Source: Isurus oxyrinchus
Taxonomy: Eukaryota
Direction: 5' to 3'
Length of the DNA stretch: 64,000 bases
Assembly (NCBI GenBank): GCA_026770705.1
Contig: JANJGN010000026.1
Coordinates: 32,860,001 to 32,924,000, forward strand
The translations under genes were made by a program, and so were the position numbers. The first letter of the stretch is position 1; each line of letters begins with the position of its first letter. Below, in pieces: positions 52,801-64,000 of the stretch. The notes under the pieces were generated by a model. It did not search any database. It worked only from the letters and a program-made list of their open reading frames with translations, and had not been told where the DNA came from.

Positions 52801-53599
52801 TTAATTGAGACAATGCTTGCTGCATAGAATGTGTCCATCAAGATTTCAAATCCATCCACTGGCCAAACTTTGCAATTGCAGGTACAGTGAAAATGTCACT
52901 ATCAGGTGAGATCTTTGACATTATTGTATCAAGACTACACTTCCCAAGATGTAATACCACATCGCCTTCTGCGGGAGGTGTCAAAATTTAACAAAAGTCA
53001 ACTAATTGCAGATGGACATCATTGATTAGCGCACGTTAAGGTTAGCACCGGAGTAAAGGGGCTCAATTCCTGATGATGCATCTTTGCTCATCTTGATTAA
53101 ATAGGGAGGGATGTTGACAAGGGCACTGTCTGGAGACGGCGGGAACTTTAATGTTCACCTCCACAAACAGTGTTAAGGAGGGTGCATTGTTTCGAGATAC
53201 CACCTGAAAGACAGTTAGGTCATTTCTTCAATAATTCAGTGCTGCAGAGCTTCCCAGGAAGTCAATACGGGATCTTAAGTTGAAGCACAAGATGTCATCT
53301 TGGTCTGTCAGTGTGTGAGGGAGATTGGGAAGGAGAGAAAGAGAGGGAGATGGAGAAGCAAATCACATTGTTTGCAACTGAATTTCACGAAGATCCTGAA
53401 CAATCTTCCATCTCTGAAAGGTCACAGACACACAATGGAAACAACCCCAATTCAGATGTGCTGGTGACTGAGGTGGTCAATTGTTGTGAGGCAGGTTCTG
53501 CCACAAGTGTTTCAGATGAAGATACACAATGCCATTGTGGGTTGTTCTTTTCCTGTCGATGGCCTCGATTGCCCAGCCGCTGTAGCCACTGGTCATTGT

Positions 53600-54930
53600 G
53601 GTGATTCACACCAACCCACAGGAGGTGTCGCCATTTTCCTCAGTCGTCAGTTAGTTACACTCAATTGTGATAATCGATAGTTAGAGCCTTCACTTCAAGC
53701 ATCCTTGAAGCAGAGCTTTGGGCGTCTGACTGGTTGCCTGCCTCTGGCTACCTCACCATACAGAAAGTCCTTCTGTGTGTGATCTTCCATCCAGCGAACG
53801 TTCCCAAGCCACAAAATCAGCCTCTATTTGATGAGCTCTGCAGTCATGGGAGGTCTGCCTTTGAGAGTACCGCTGCAATCGTGACTTTATCCTGTCAGTA
53901 CACACCCATAATGCACAGCGGGCAGTGAAGATGGAAATTGTGGATCTTCTTCCCTTGATAGTTGTAAGTCGTCCATGTTTCATAGCCATACAGCAAGGTG
54001 TTGAGAACACAGACCTTATAAACTATCAGCTTTGCCCTAAGGGTCAGTTTAATGTTATTCCAGGGGCGTTTCCTGATTCAGCCAAAGGTGGTAGCTGATT
54101 TCCCCATGCGGGTACCAGGTTCTTCATCAAGGAACAGGCTGCCTGCCACCGTGGAACCCAGGTAACGGAATTTACTTCCATCCGTTTGTTATTTAGTGTG
54201 ATCAATGACGGAAATACAACACCTTGTCCCATGACCACGGTTTTCTCCATGTTTATAGTCAGGGAGAACAAGTTACAGGCATAGGAGAAACAGTCCATCA
54301 GGCTTTGTGGATGAGTTTCCGTTTTGATGACAGAGTTATCAGCGTGGAGGAATCCTCCATCAGGATTCAAAGTGTTTATGTCTTCGCTTTCAATCTTATA
54401 GATTGTACAGCTTGCTGCCTGACCGACTGTGTAAGTAGACTCCTTCCATATCTGCAGGCAAGGCAAAGATCAGCAGCATGGAGAAGAAGATGCCAAACAG
54501 AGTGGGGCTCATAGCCAAGCCTGTTTCACTCCATTCTTCACTCCGAATCTGTCGGAAGTGGAATCACCAATCTGTACAGTGCAGTGCATATTGTCATGGA
54601 AGGAGTGAATCAGACTGTGGAGATTTGCTGAACAGCCAATTTCCCCAAAACCTTGTAAGGTGCTGTTCTGCTGATGGTGTCCAACGTATGGAGCAAATCA
54701 TGTCTAGAGTATATCGTCTGACACAACATCACACTGTGGTTCAGCCTGCAACCAGATGAAGTCTTTAAAGTATGACCCGAGCAAAGGCCTTCCCCGTGAC
54801 TCTATTAGTGAGATATCCCTGTAGTTGTTGCAGTCTCATCTGTCGGCTTTCCTTTCATTTATTGCATTATGCACCTCCTGTGGAACGGATCTTATCTTCA
54901 ACAGAGAAGAAGAAAGTCGTACAGGCTGAG
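53600..54930 (-). mobile_element. Decayed RTE-clade LINE fragment
   Basis: Minus-strand remnants SPTLFGIFFSMLL, QSLMDCFSYACNLFSLTINMEKTVVM and VYKVCVLNTLLYGYETWT. Confidence 0.75.
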
Positions 54931-57899
54931 AAAGTTAAATAATTATATAGACCAATTATTAGCAATTCACGAAGGGGGATAAATAATTATATTCGTCAAT
55001 TACCATCAATTCACAAAGATTAATAATTGCATGAACCCATCATTTTCAGCATTTTATTTCATACAAATGTAATTGCGATTCATTTACTATTGTAACATTG
55101 ACTGAGATCACATTGACCATTCTGTCAGCAAGGAATCACATCTGCCCAGATTTCAGTGGGAAATGAAATTAAATCAGACTGAGGATAATTAGCAGCTACC
55201 CAGTGGCCTCTGTGCTTTATTGACAAGTAACCAGCGCATCATCGCGCATCGAAACCCTGATATATAACTGGAGTGTGTGAGGATTTGTAAAGTGATGGTA
55301 TAAATAAAACTACCTGGACCTGACTGTAAGTTAATTACTCACCAGTGAGTAATGTCTGTCACCTTCACTAATTTGAGTGCAGATATGCTGAAAGGGCCTC
55401 ATGTTCCAACCCTTCCATCCTAAACCGAATTATGTACCAGCTTTCCGTCTGAAAGATGATGATTGCCCATCATCAGGAAAGAATCATCAGTGCCGCAGGG
55501 ACATCTCCAGCCTTCTCTTGGTGACGTTCAACCCGTTTGCCTGGGGATGGAGTACATCCAGAAAACTTGGATGGACTGACACAAATGAAAAACTAGACCT
55601 GCTTCAAAGTATGAAGTAGTCAAGCACCAAGATGAGAAGGTAGAACAGCATCTTTCAGGCGCGCCTATCGATACATTGATCAATTCATTCACTGATCCCT
55701 TAATGAAAATATTCAGGCATCCAACGACCATTCATTCCCGCATCACAACAGTCATCCCTCCATTCTTTGGCAGACGGTGGTGTTGTATTAATGTCACTGG
55801 ACAAGCAATCCAGAGACCCAAGCTTTTCTTCTGGGGACACGAATTCAAATCCCACCATGGCAGCGAGTGAAATTTAAATTCAGTAATAAACCTCGTCTCA
55901 GTGAAGGGAACCATGAAGCTATCACTGATTGGAGGGAAAAAATGATCTGATTCACTAATGTCCTTCAGGGAAGGAAATCTGCCACTGGACCTAGTCTGGC
56001 CTACTTGTGACTCCAGATCCACAGCAATATAGTGGAATCTAACTACCCTCTGAAATGGCCTAGCCAGGCACTCAGTTCAAAAGCAATTAGGGACAGGCAA
56101 CAAATGATGGTCTTGCCAGTGACTCTTATATCCCGTGAAAGAGTAAAGGGGCAAAACAATAACACAAATTTATGTTTGACTGAAACAAAATGTATTCTCT
56201 CCCTGGGTCCTCTCTGATAATCTGCCTGTAATTCTTTCCATCCATCCATTCATTCATCACAATATTATAATGTGTTGGAGAGATCCTCTAATGAGTTATG
56301 GATGTGAACAGGGTGTCAGAGAAGCTGGATAACTTTTCTTCCCTGAAAGTTGGGATCAGTTCACAAAGGTTCACAACTTAAAAAATAAAAATGACTCCAG
56401 TGTTGTTGCTGGGTAGATTTGTTATAAGTAGGCCTTGTTGACAATGTTAAAGTTTTGAAGTTGGCTTGCAGCCAAGCAGTCAGTACTGAGGAAACCGATC
56501 TTCCAGTTACTGCCCAATGCCCCAGGTGCTTCCTGTAAATAACATTGGACATTCGAGCCTCCCTGACTGCAGCCGGCTGGCTTTCTGCCAAATACTGTGT
56601 GGGGCAGATTAGCCTGGATATGAATGTACGAAATGGGACTTAGCCATTCAAACAATAAATGTTTCAGTCGCACATGAAATATACGTTACAAATAACATTT
56701 CGTCTAAGGAAATATTTTAATGAATGCCGCGTTCACTATGAGAATAAATACGATCAGAAAATATTAAATTGACCATATACTATTTAATTTATATTATTTC
56801 TGAGAAAAGGGCATTCCAGTTATTAAAGTCGGTTTATTAAGATCTTCATGAAGTGCGAGAGGGCGATGTTAACGGCCCCAACCCCCAGTCTAATGAGTTG
56901 AGTAGAATGGCAAAAAAATAAAATAAATTAAATTAAAAGAAACTCATAGAATTGCCTTGAAACCGCAGGAATTCCTTGAATATTCTCCGAATTGTGCACT
57001 TCATTTAACTTGAGGGATCTCTTATACCTGATTAGCACAGTGTACTGTACAGTCTAATTTGTGCTGATTTCGATTATTTAACAGTCCCTCTCATAGTTGC
57101 CAATGAGTGGAGAAATGACCAGTTCATGACCCGCTTCAGTGGAAAATAAAGCATTTATTCTTGTGACATTGTGTAATATGCCGCAAAGTCCTGACACCCT
57201 GTGTTCCCAATACCAGTGAATGGTAGACAGCGGGGGACCAATCAAATTAGCTGCAACGATTTGGATGCTGAAGGATAACTTTGCTGATCTCCGTGTCAGT
57301 TCTGATTCATCAATTTCTCTGTCAAAAGTTGTAAATTTTATGTTTCTCTGTAAACTCGCTGTTGAATTATCAGGCTGGCGGGCTTCTTTAACCGCTAATT
57401 TTCTCAGGGCTGTCTTAGGATAGGAGCAGTTCGAGAAATGCAAGGAGAGACATTGTATAATGTGAGGAGATTCTTCTTATCTCCGAACCCAAACTGTACA
57501 GCGATAGCCACCCACAATGTAAATAGAATCACTCTGTTCATCCTCCGCATTGAGTTACATAAATCAATAATAATTCCAATGACTGATGAAACTTTATTGT
57601 GGTAATGAGATAGAGACCTGGAGTTGCTGCAACACAGACTGACAGTCCACTTATTCCCTGATAAGATAATTTATTTTTTTAGGTTCAACCCCTTGTGAGG
57701 TAGTGTAGAAATAAAGGGACTTAATTTACAATTGAATTAGGTTATTATTAACAGATGCTCAACTGGAATTTCACCATTAGAATCCCTGGAGACATTATAA
57801 TAAATCCACTCAGCCAAATATCCCGATACAGATAAAATGTCAATTTTAACAATAACCTATTGTAAATATCTGAGTCTATTATGTTGGGGATGTAGAAGG

Positions 57900-57985
57900 T
57901 GGGGCGTGGATCCAGTCGCCGCCTCCACCAGGGAATCAACAGGCGGTGCCTGGAAACCCGCCCCCTTCTGCCGGGTATTTAAATG
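57900..57985 (+). promoter_or_regulatory. VH promoter: GC boxes and TATA-like box, no octamer
   Basis: ggggcgtgg (57901), cccgccccc (57957) and TATTTAAA (57976-57983), ~90 bp before the ATG. Confidence 0.6.
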
Positions 57986-58074
57986 CAGCTCACTGGGGCC
58001 GGAATCCAACAGTCCGGGAGTTGGTTTGTTCACTGAGTTGTGGACATAGCCATTTTCCCCAAATGACCAGAAGG

Positions 58075-58554
58075 ATGAGGCCGGCGATTTCTCTGTTTGT
58101 TGCTGACTTTCTTATCCAGTGAGTACATCTTATTGTCCAAATCTCTCACTGTTGCTGTCTGAGTGTTAATCTCTCTCTCTGGAATGTTACAGAGTCAGGA
58201 ATCTTTTCACCAGGATTAGTCCTCGGGGTTTTTGATATATTTTTACAGGTGTCCAATCGGATGTTGTGTTGACTCAGCCAGAGGCAGAGACCGGGCGTTC
58301 CGGAGGCTCCCTGAGACTGACCTGTAAAACCAGCGGGTTCGGTCTTGGCAGTTATGGCATGAACTGGGTCCGACAGGTTCCCGGACAGGGGCTGGAGTGG
58401 TTGGTTTATTACTATACCTCATCCAGCAACAACTACGCCCCAGCAATTAAGAATCGATTTACTGCGTCCAAAGACATTTCCATGAACATCTTCTCCTTGG
58501 ACATGACGAACCTGAAGACAGAAGACACCGCCAAGTATTACTGTTCAAGAGAGT
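58075..58554 (+). pseudogene. IGHV: Shark IgM-type heavy-chain V segment: leader exon 58075-58118 (frameshifted), open V exon 58249-58554
   Basis: [84 protein letters not shown]. The leader exon is 44 nt but the V exon needs phase 1 (46 nt). Confidence 0.95.
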
Positions 58555-58593
58555 CACAGCGACAGGAACCAGGTCTGGACCCGAACAAGAACT
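58555..58593 (+). other. 23-RSS of VH
   Basis: CACAGCG + 23 nt + ACAAGAACT. Confidence 0.9.
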
Positions 58594-58963
58594 GATCGAG
58601 AGGGACTCAACCACATCCATCATAACCTGAAGGTCAGTACTTGTTTTAAATGTATTATTAACTGTAATGATCAGAAACAGACAACAAGCTGCTGCTGGCA
58701 AAAGTAATACAACAAATTTAACAGTAAAACCAAACAAACCAACCGATATAATGAGCTGAGTTTTTGGCTGTGTTAATATTTACTGTTAACGCTTTCCGCA
58801 ATGACAGACCTGGATATAATGTTCATTTTAATATGCCTGATACTTGGGGGGGATCTCTGTTCATTGAGTTTTGTAAATTGTTGCATGAATTCTAAACCAG
58901 ATCAGAAGTAAATGTTTATTTAAAGTGAATATTGAGAGGCAGCACTGATCAGAGAGTGGAAGC

Positions 58964-59046
58964 AGTTTTTGTGCGGGTGTATTTCACTGTGCTCTGACAG
59001 AAGTGGGTCACAGTGCTGTGCACAGCGACATCCTCATACAAAAACC
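58964..59046 (+). other. IgH D1 segment (coding 58992-59008) with 5' 12-RSS and 3' 22-RSS
   Basis: AGTTTTTGT-12-CACTGTG [CTCTGACAGAAGTGGGT] CACAGTG-22-ACAAAAACC. Confidence 0.95.
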
Positions 59047-59349
59047 TCAGAGAAGGGGTTTGTTTAAATTGCTGATCACTAACACCGCAGGAACGTCAAA
59101 GAAAATGAGAGTTAAATGAAGTAATGAGCTGGGGTTTGCAAAATGCTTTGAGAGTCTTCCGCTTTGTTAGTGTTGACGGACACGCTAATTCTGCACAGAG
59201 GCTTTAAAAGTATTCCAATCACATTTATAAATATAATGACCAGCGCAGCCTGAAATATCTCACTGATTCACTCTTACGCGAGTCGGAATCAGGTTTTTGA
59301 GAGCGCAGTGAAATGAAATCTCTGTATTTTACACTGACCAGTCTGCCGC

Positions 59350-59431
59350 GATATTTGACATGCTGTTTCTCACTATGATATTCTGGGTATGGACTACTGG
59401 GGACAAGGGACCATGGTGACGATTGCTGCAG
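59350..59431 (+). other. Pre-joined D2-JH segment behind a 12-RSS
   Basis: GATATTTGA-12-CACTATG, then ATATTCTGG.. running directly into MDYWGQGTMVTIAA and donor G|GTAAG at 59431/59432. No D2 3' RSS or J 23-RSS in between. Confidence 0.88.
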
Positions 59432-59639
59432 GTAAGAACCATGCACTTATTTAGTAATTGTTTTACTTGAGTTTTTGCTGTACATTTTTGTCTACTTTAT
59501 TAATTAATTCGTTCACTGAAATGTGGGTTTGGTGGATTCTGTATGCAGATTTTTTTTGCAATGCTTCATGTGATTCTGCTTATATTGAATTATATAATTT
59601 TTCTGTGTCTTGACAAAAAGTGCTGCTGAGGGATTTGAT

Positions 59640-60190
59640 CCCTGGTTGTTGTGATTTGGTGTTCATCTGCTGAGGATACTCTGTGGCCGGTTACTTGAAA
59701 TATCTAACGTTTGTTAAAACAGTTTGACGTTTCTGCAATGTTTAATCTCGGTGACATGTAATGGCTACGGGTTTTACCATCTGTTGCACAAGGGTTTAAA
59801 TAGGTTTGAGATCAAACCCAATATTAATAAAATATGCTTAAGTTTCATTATAAATTTATTGAACATGTTCCGCCTACTCACAATGCTGTTGACATTATTC
59901 CATATTTCTGTTTAGTTTAATTATTCATTCATTGTGTGCCTGGACTTGACTTTGAGATTTTCTCGCAATGATTACATCGGATTCTGTTGGAAGTGTTTGT
60001 ACATTTGAGCTGATTCTCCATGAAATGGGTTTCAGCCCCTCAGTTCTGTGATTTGGTGTTTTTCTCCCGAGGATATTGTCTGTCTGGGTGGCTTTGAATA
60101 AGTAGAATTTATGAAACGGTTTGGCGGTTCTGCATTGTTTCTGCTTTGTTTAAACTCGGTGACATTGAGCGGTTGCACGTTTTGTGATTG
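59640..60190. repeat. Degenerate direct repeat in the J-C intron (~59640-59790 and ~60040-60190)
   Basis: Shared tgtgatttggtgtt..gaggata..ttctgca.tgttt..ctcggtgacat blocks ~400 bp apart. Confidence 0.65.
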
Positions 60191-63100
60191 AATGCGTTTG
60201 TATCTGCTTGAAGAATGATTGTCGGCAGAAAGAGACAGGTTTCAGAAATGGGGGGAAAAGCTTTTAAATATGTGTTAGACATTTTGTTTTTATTTTAAGT
60301 GATAATTGCAGATTAAACTAAACCATGGATTATGACGCTCATTCAGAACATAATTCGTTACTGCAATCAGACTATATAATTACCAAGTTTTCAAATTGTA
60401 GAGTAAAATTAATAGAATTCAAACAATTATAATGTGGTAACATTTCTCCGTATTGACTGAACAACTTTCATATTAACATAATTGATCATTAATCGCCTTT
60501 CATAATTTTGTTGTGCAATGCGCACAATTAACATAATCGGGAAAGTTTTTAGGCTGGAAACCTTTTGTGATTATGCATGAAATAATTTCAATAAGAACAT
60601 ACTGATTCTACAGATTTGGTCAATTTCACAAGAGATTTTGAATTATTTTTTACATCCCTGATAACTCTTGCACTGACTTAAAGAAGAGTTTGACATTGCA
60701 GTTTGTCAATGTGTCTATCGTGTTATTACATTCTTTCTGTGCAGCTGGAACCATGTTATTTCTTCAATATCATTGGGATTTGGATAGCGAGACAATTGTC
60801 ACTAATTTAATCTTAAACAGTTTTCTGGGGGGTGGAATTCGCTGGCACGAAATGAATTGTTCTTACATTTTTTTGAACTGTAGGAAAGTGCAGACTGCAT
60901 ATGAATAGAGATCGACAAGTAAAATCTTGAAATTAGAACAGATTAATTTAATTGTGAACATTAATGTTAGTTTTGAACTTAATAACAACATCCTGTCTCC
61001 CAAAGCTGTGCTGTACACAGGATAGAATTATAGGGGAAGAACAGATTATATCTGTGCTTAATTCTTATTAAATATTAAATTGAAGAACAAAATCTCGATT
61101 CAATTTGCTGATTATATTTCAGTGTCGCAGATGATCTGAATGAATTGTTCTCATCAGGTTTTATATTGATCAATTTGGATCTTCTTTCAATGAACAATAT
61201 ATTTAACAATTAAAGAATAGGGATTGTTATCAAGGAAGCACTTTTATTGATAATAAGTAACTGCCAGGAACATTTGTTTACATATAGTTAAGACAAGTTT
61301 GCTTTAGCAAACAGATGATGTTACAGCTCATCGACAGTTAATGCGATGTGACCCTGGCCAGATTTGAAAGTATTTCAAATATTCCACTGATAAATTCGCC
61401 CTGTAAATTACTCCATGAGAATAGATGGAATTTATGATTTCTCAATGCATTCAGAAACACACATAGTTTACAATATTGTTGGTTAAATCAGAGCAGTAGA
61501 AGTAAAAGTAAAATAGTAGATTGTGCTTAGATTTAAGTAAAATTGATATACTTGCCTGAATGTTACCATCAAGCAATTTGAAGTTTATTGTTTAACATTG
61601 TTTCAGTGTCAGGTTGATTTAAATAAACCCCAATTATTTCACAAAGTACCAGGGAGAAACACATTTTCAATTTTTCAAAATATTTTTTAATATTATAGAT
61701 TAGAAATCAGCTAACAAGAAAATGAATTGACGATAACAAGTTAATTAGCTTACAATATAATATTAGTGATTATTTCATTCTAAATGAACTCCAACAATTA
61801 AATAGTATACTGGTTATTATACTGAATGCAAAATCTTAGTGGAGAGAATTTTTAATTGTAGCCGAAATGAATTTAGAAAAAAATACTTTTCTTACTCAGC
61901 TGTGCTCAGTTCACCTCGATGATTTTATTGGTTATATTTATACCTAAAATCAAATAAAATCAGCGGGTAATCGGTTTTCAATGTGAATGTTTCCTGATTT
62001 GTTTAATCCTTACCTTGTCATTGAGTCTCTGTTACGGACTCTAACTTATTCTGAACCTATAATTTTTGCTGTGCTCGTTTTCAGGGTAACTTAAATCCTA
62101 TATTTTTTTTGGAGATTTGAGACAGATCATGGAGAATTAGATGGACTTAAAAGGGAATTTTGAAATGAAAATCAGATTAATTTCAAAGAAGTTACAGAAT
62201 AATTGTAGTAAATTGACCATTGATCAATTGGAATCAAACAGCTTGAATGAAATGGACAGATTGAACAGATCTCTCTGCTGGGAACTCGATTGTTGCACCA
62301 TTTGTGTCTGTTCTGTTTCTGTGCGCGTGGTCGCTGTGCTGGGACCAGGAATCTTCCTGACTGGTTGTTAACCTTCTGGTTCGCTCTCCTGTATTTCAGG
62401 AAGTGCAGTTTGATTTATTTCTTCAAAAAACTTGTATCTGTGAGAAATGTGAAAGTTTGACTTTCTGACCAGACGCCTCAGAATGAGATACCCAACCCAT
62501 TGTGACAGTCAGAAAGGACAATTCAGAAACAACAGACAGACTGTTGAAGGAGATTTGGTCGATTTGAAACCAGTGATGCATCTGTCTTGGGAGTGTTCAG
62601 TTAGGCAATGCGGAGAGAGTTTTATTCTTTTTAATCTGTGCTGTAGCAGACCTTGAACTATTTGGTTAGACAGTGCGGAGGAAGAAATTAGCCTGTAAAA
62701 TATTTTTAATCCTGACATAGGATGTTAGGGTCACTGGCAAGGCCAGCATTTGTTGTCCATCCCTAATTACCCTTGAGGAAGTGTTGAAATGTCGCCTCCT
62801 TGAATAGCTGCAGGTACATTCGCAGTTAGGTCGGGAGTTCCAGGATTTTGACGCATTCACAGTGAAGGCACAGCGATATAGTTCCAAGTCAGGATAATGG
62901 GTGCCTTGGAGGGGAACGTACAGGTGGCGGTGTTCCCAAGCACCTGCTGCCCTTGGTCCTTCTAGTTAGGAGAGGTTGCGGGTTTTGAAGGTGCTGCTGA
63001 AGGAGCCTTGGCGAGGTGCTGCAGTGCACCTTGGATATGGTGCACACTGCTGTCACTGTGCGGCGGTGGGTGAAGAAGTGCATGTTTAAGGTCGTGGATC

Positions 63101-64000
63101 GGGTACCAATTCTGTGGCTGTTTTGTCCTGGATAGTATCGGGATTCTTGGGGTTTTTTGAAATTTCACTCATTGAGGCAAGTGAAAACTATTCAATTCCA
63201 GTCCTGACTTGTGCGTTGTAAATGGTGAGTTGTCTTTGGGCGATAGGAGTTGAATTACTCGCCACAGAATTCCCAGCCTCTGATTGGCTCTTGCAGCCAC
63301 AACATTTATATCAAAACTGGATTGAACCCTCTCCTGGGCACATTTGATGGGACAATGTAGAGGGAGTTTTATTTTATGTAAAACCAGTGCTGTACCTGCC
63401 CTGGACTGTTTGACAGTTCAGTGGAGAGTTGGCTTTCTGTTGAATCCCACCCTTGCAGCTGATGACAGGAGTGTACCAGGGGAGGAGTGGGGGCTTTAAT
63501 CCATATCTTGACTTGTCCTCTTCCTGACCTGACAGTCTTCTCCCCGCAGAGGTCAAACAAACTGAATCAGCATCGAACTAACTGGCTGAGTCCTCGAGCC
63601 AGATCTGTGAAAATAAATTGTTCCATTGCTCGGTTGAAATGACGCACGTTAACTGTTTTTAACAATATTTCTGGAGAGAACATGTATAAATTTTAATGAA
63701 TTAATTATGTTTAACATTTTGAGTATCAGAAAATCATTGAATCTGAATGACCTGAACTTGAGCACTACTTCAGAGCAAACAGAATCAGGGAGTGACAGTG
63801 AGGCTCCAGAGAGCAGCGCCTGTTCTGATCTGATCAGAGGCTGCAAGTTATTTAAATGACTGAAATGGACAATGACCAGGCTCCCGCTCCAAATAACCAG
63901 TCGCGGGGGATTTGTGAAAAGGAACCAACATCTAAAACTGAGTCATTAGATTGCCGCCTGCAGTGGGAGGAATGAATTACAGGAATAAGAGGACATTCGG

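Noticed and set aside
55335-55710. Possible decayed IgSF exon on the minus strand ending in a GTGAGT donor
   Set aside because: Requires multiple frameshifts and lacks the canonical cysteines; not supportable by eye.
57078-57443. 121-aa minus-strand ORF upstream of the VH promoter
   Set aside because: Non-ATG start, no recognisable domain or exon structure; likely a chance ORF.
58759-58790. AGTTTTTGG..TACTGT as an additional D RSS
   Set aside because: No valid heptamer at 12 nt and no partner 3' RSS.
59292-59330. GGTTTTTGA as the JH 23-RSS nonamer
   Set aside because: No heptamer at 12 or 23 nt, and it is too far from the J coding sequence.
63530-64000. Possible C-mu first exon after the acceptor-like ccccgcag
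   Set aside because: The phase-1 frame stops within ~10 codons and no C1-set motifs are visible.

Overview
Eukaryotic, repeat-rich genomic DNA from a cartilaginous fish (shark-type IgM VH, shark SINE, CR1 and Penelope families), covering part of an antigen-receptor locus. The first 15 kb holds five TCR alpha/delta-type V segments in both orientations. All five are defective: one is nearly intact with a canonical-spaced 23-RSS, the others are decayed. Four have a CTCF-type motif downstream in the V orientation. At 58.0-59.5 kb lies a shark IgM heavy-chain cluster: leader (2-nt frameshift), open VH exon, 23-RSS, D1 (12/22 RSS) and a D2 already fused to JH (V-D-DJ configuration). No constant exon was found before the window ends. 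Between these regions are an assembly gap (17852-18041), many CR1, RTE and Penelope retroelements, SINEs, and a large 27/54-bp satellite that explains most of the long ORFs. A tandemly duplicated, decayed ~240-codon reading frame at 8.6-11.0 kb shows ordered resemblance, by eye only, to mononegavirus nucleoprotein and is a candidate endogenous viral element. Repeat boundaries are approximate. All homology calls are from motif recognition; no searches were run.
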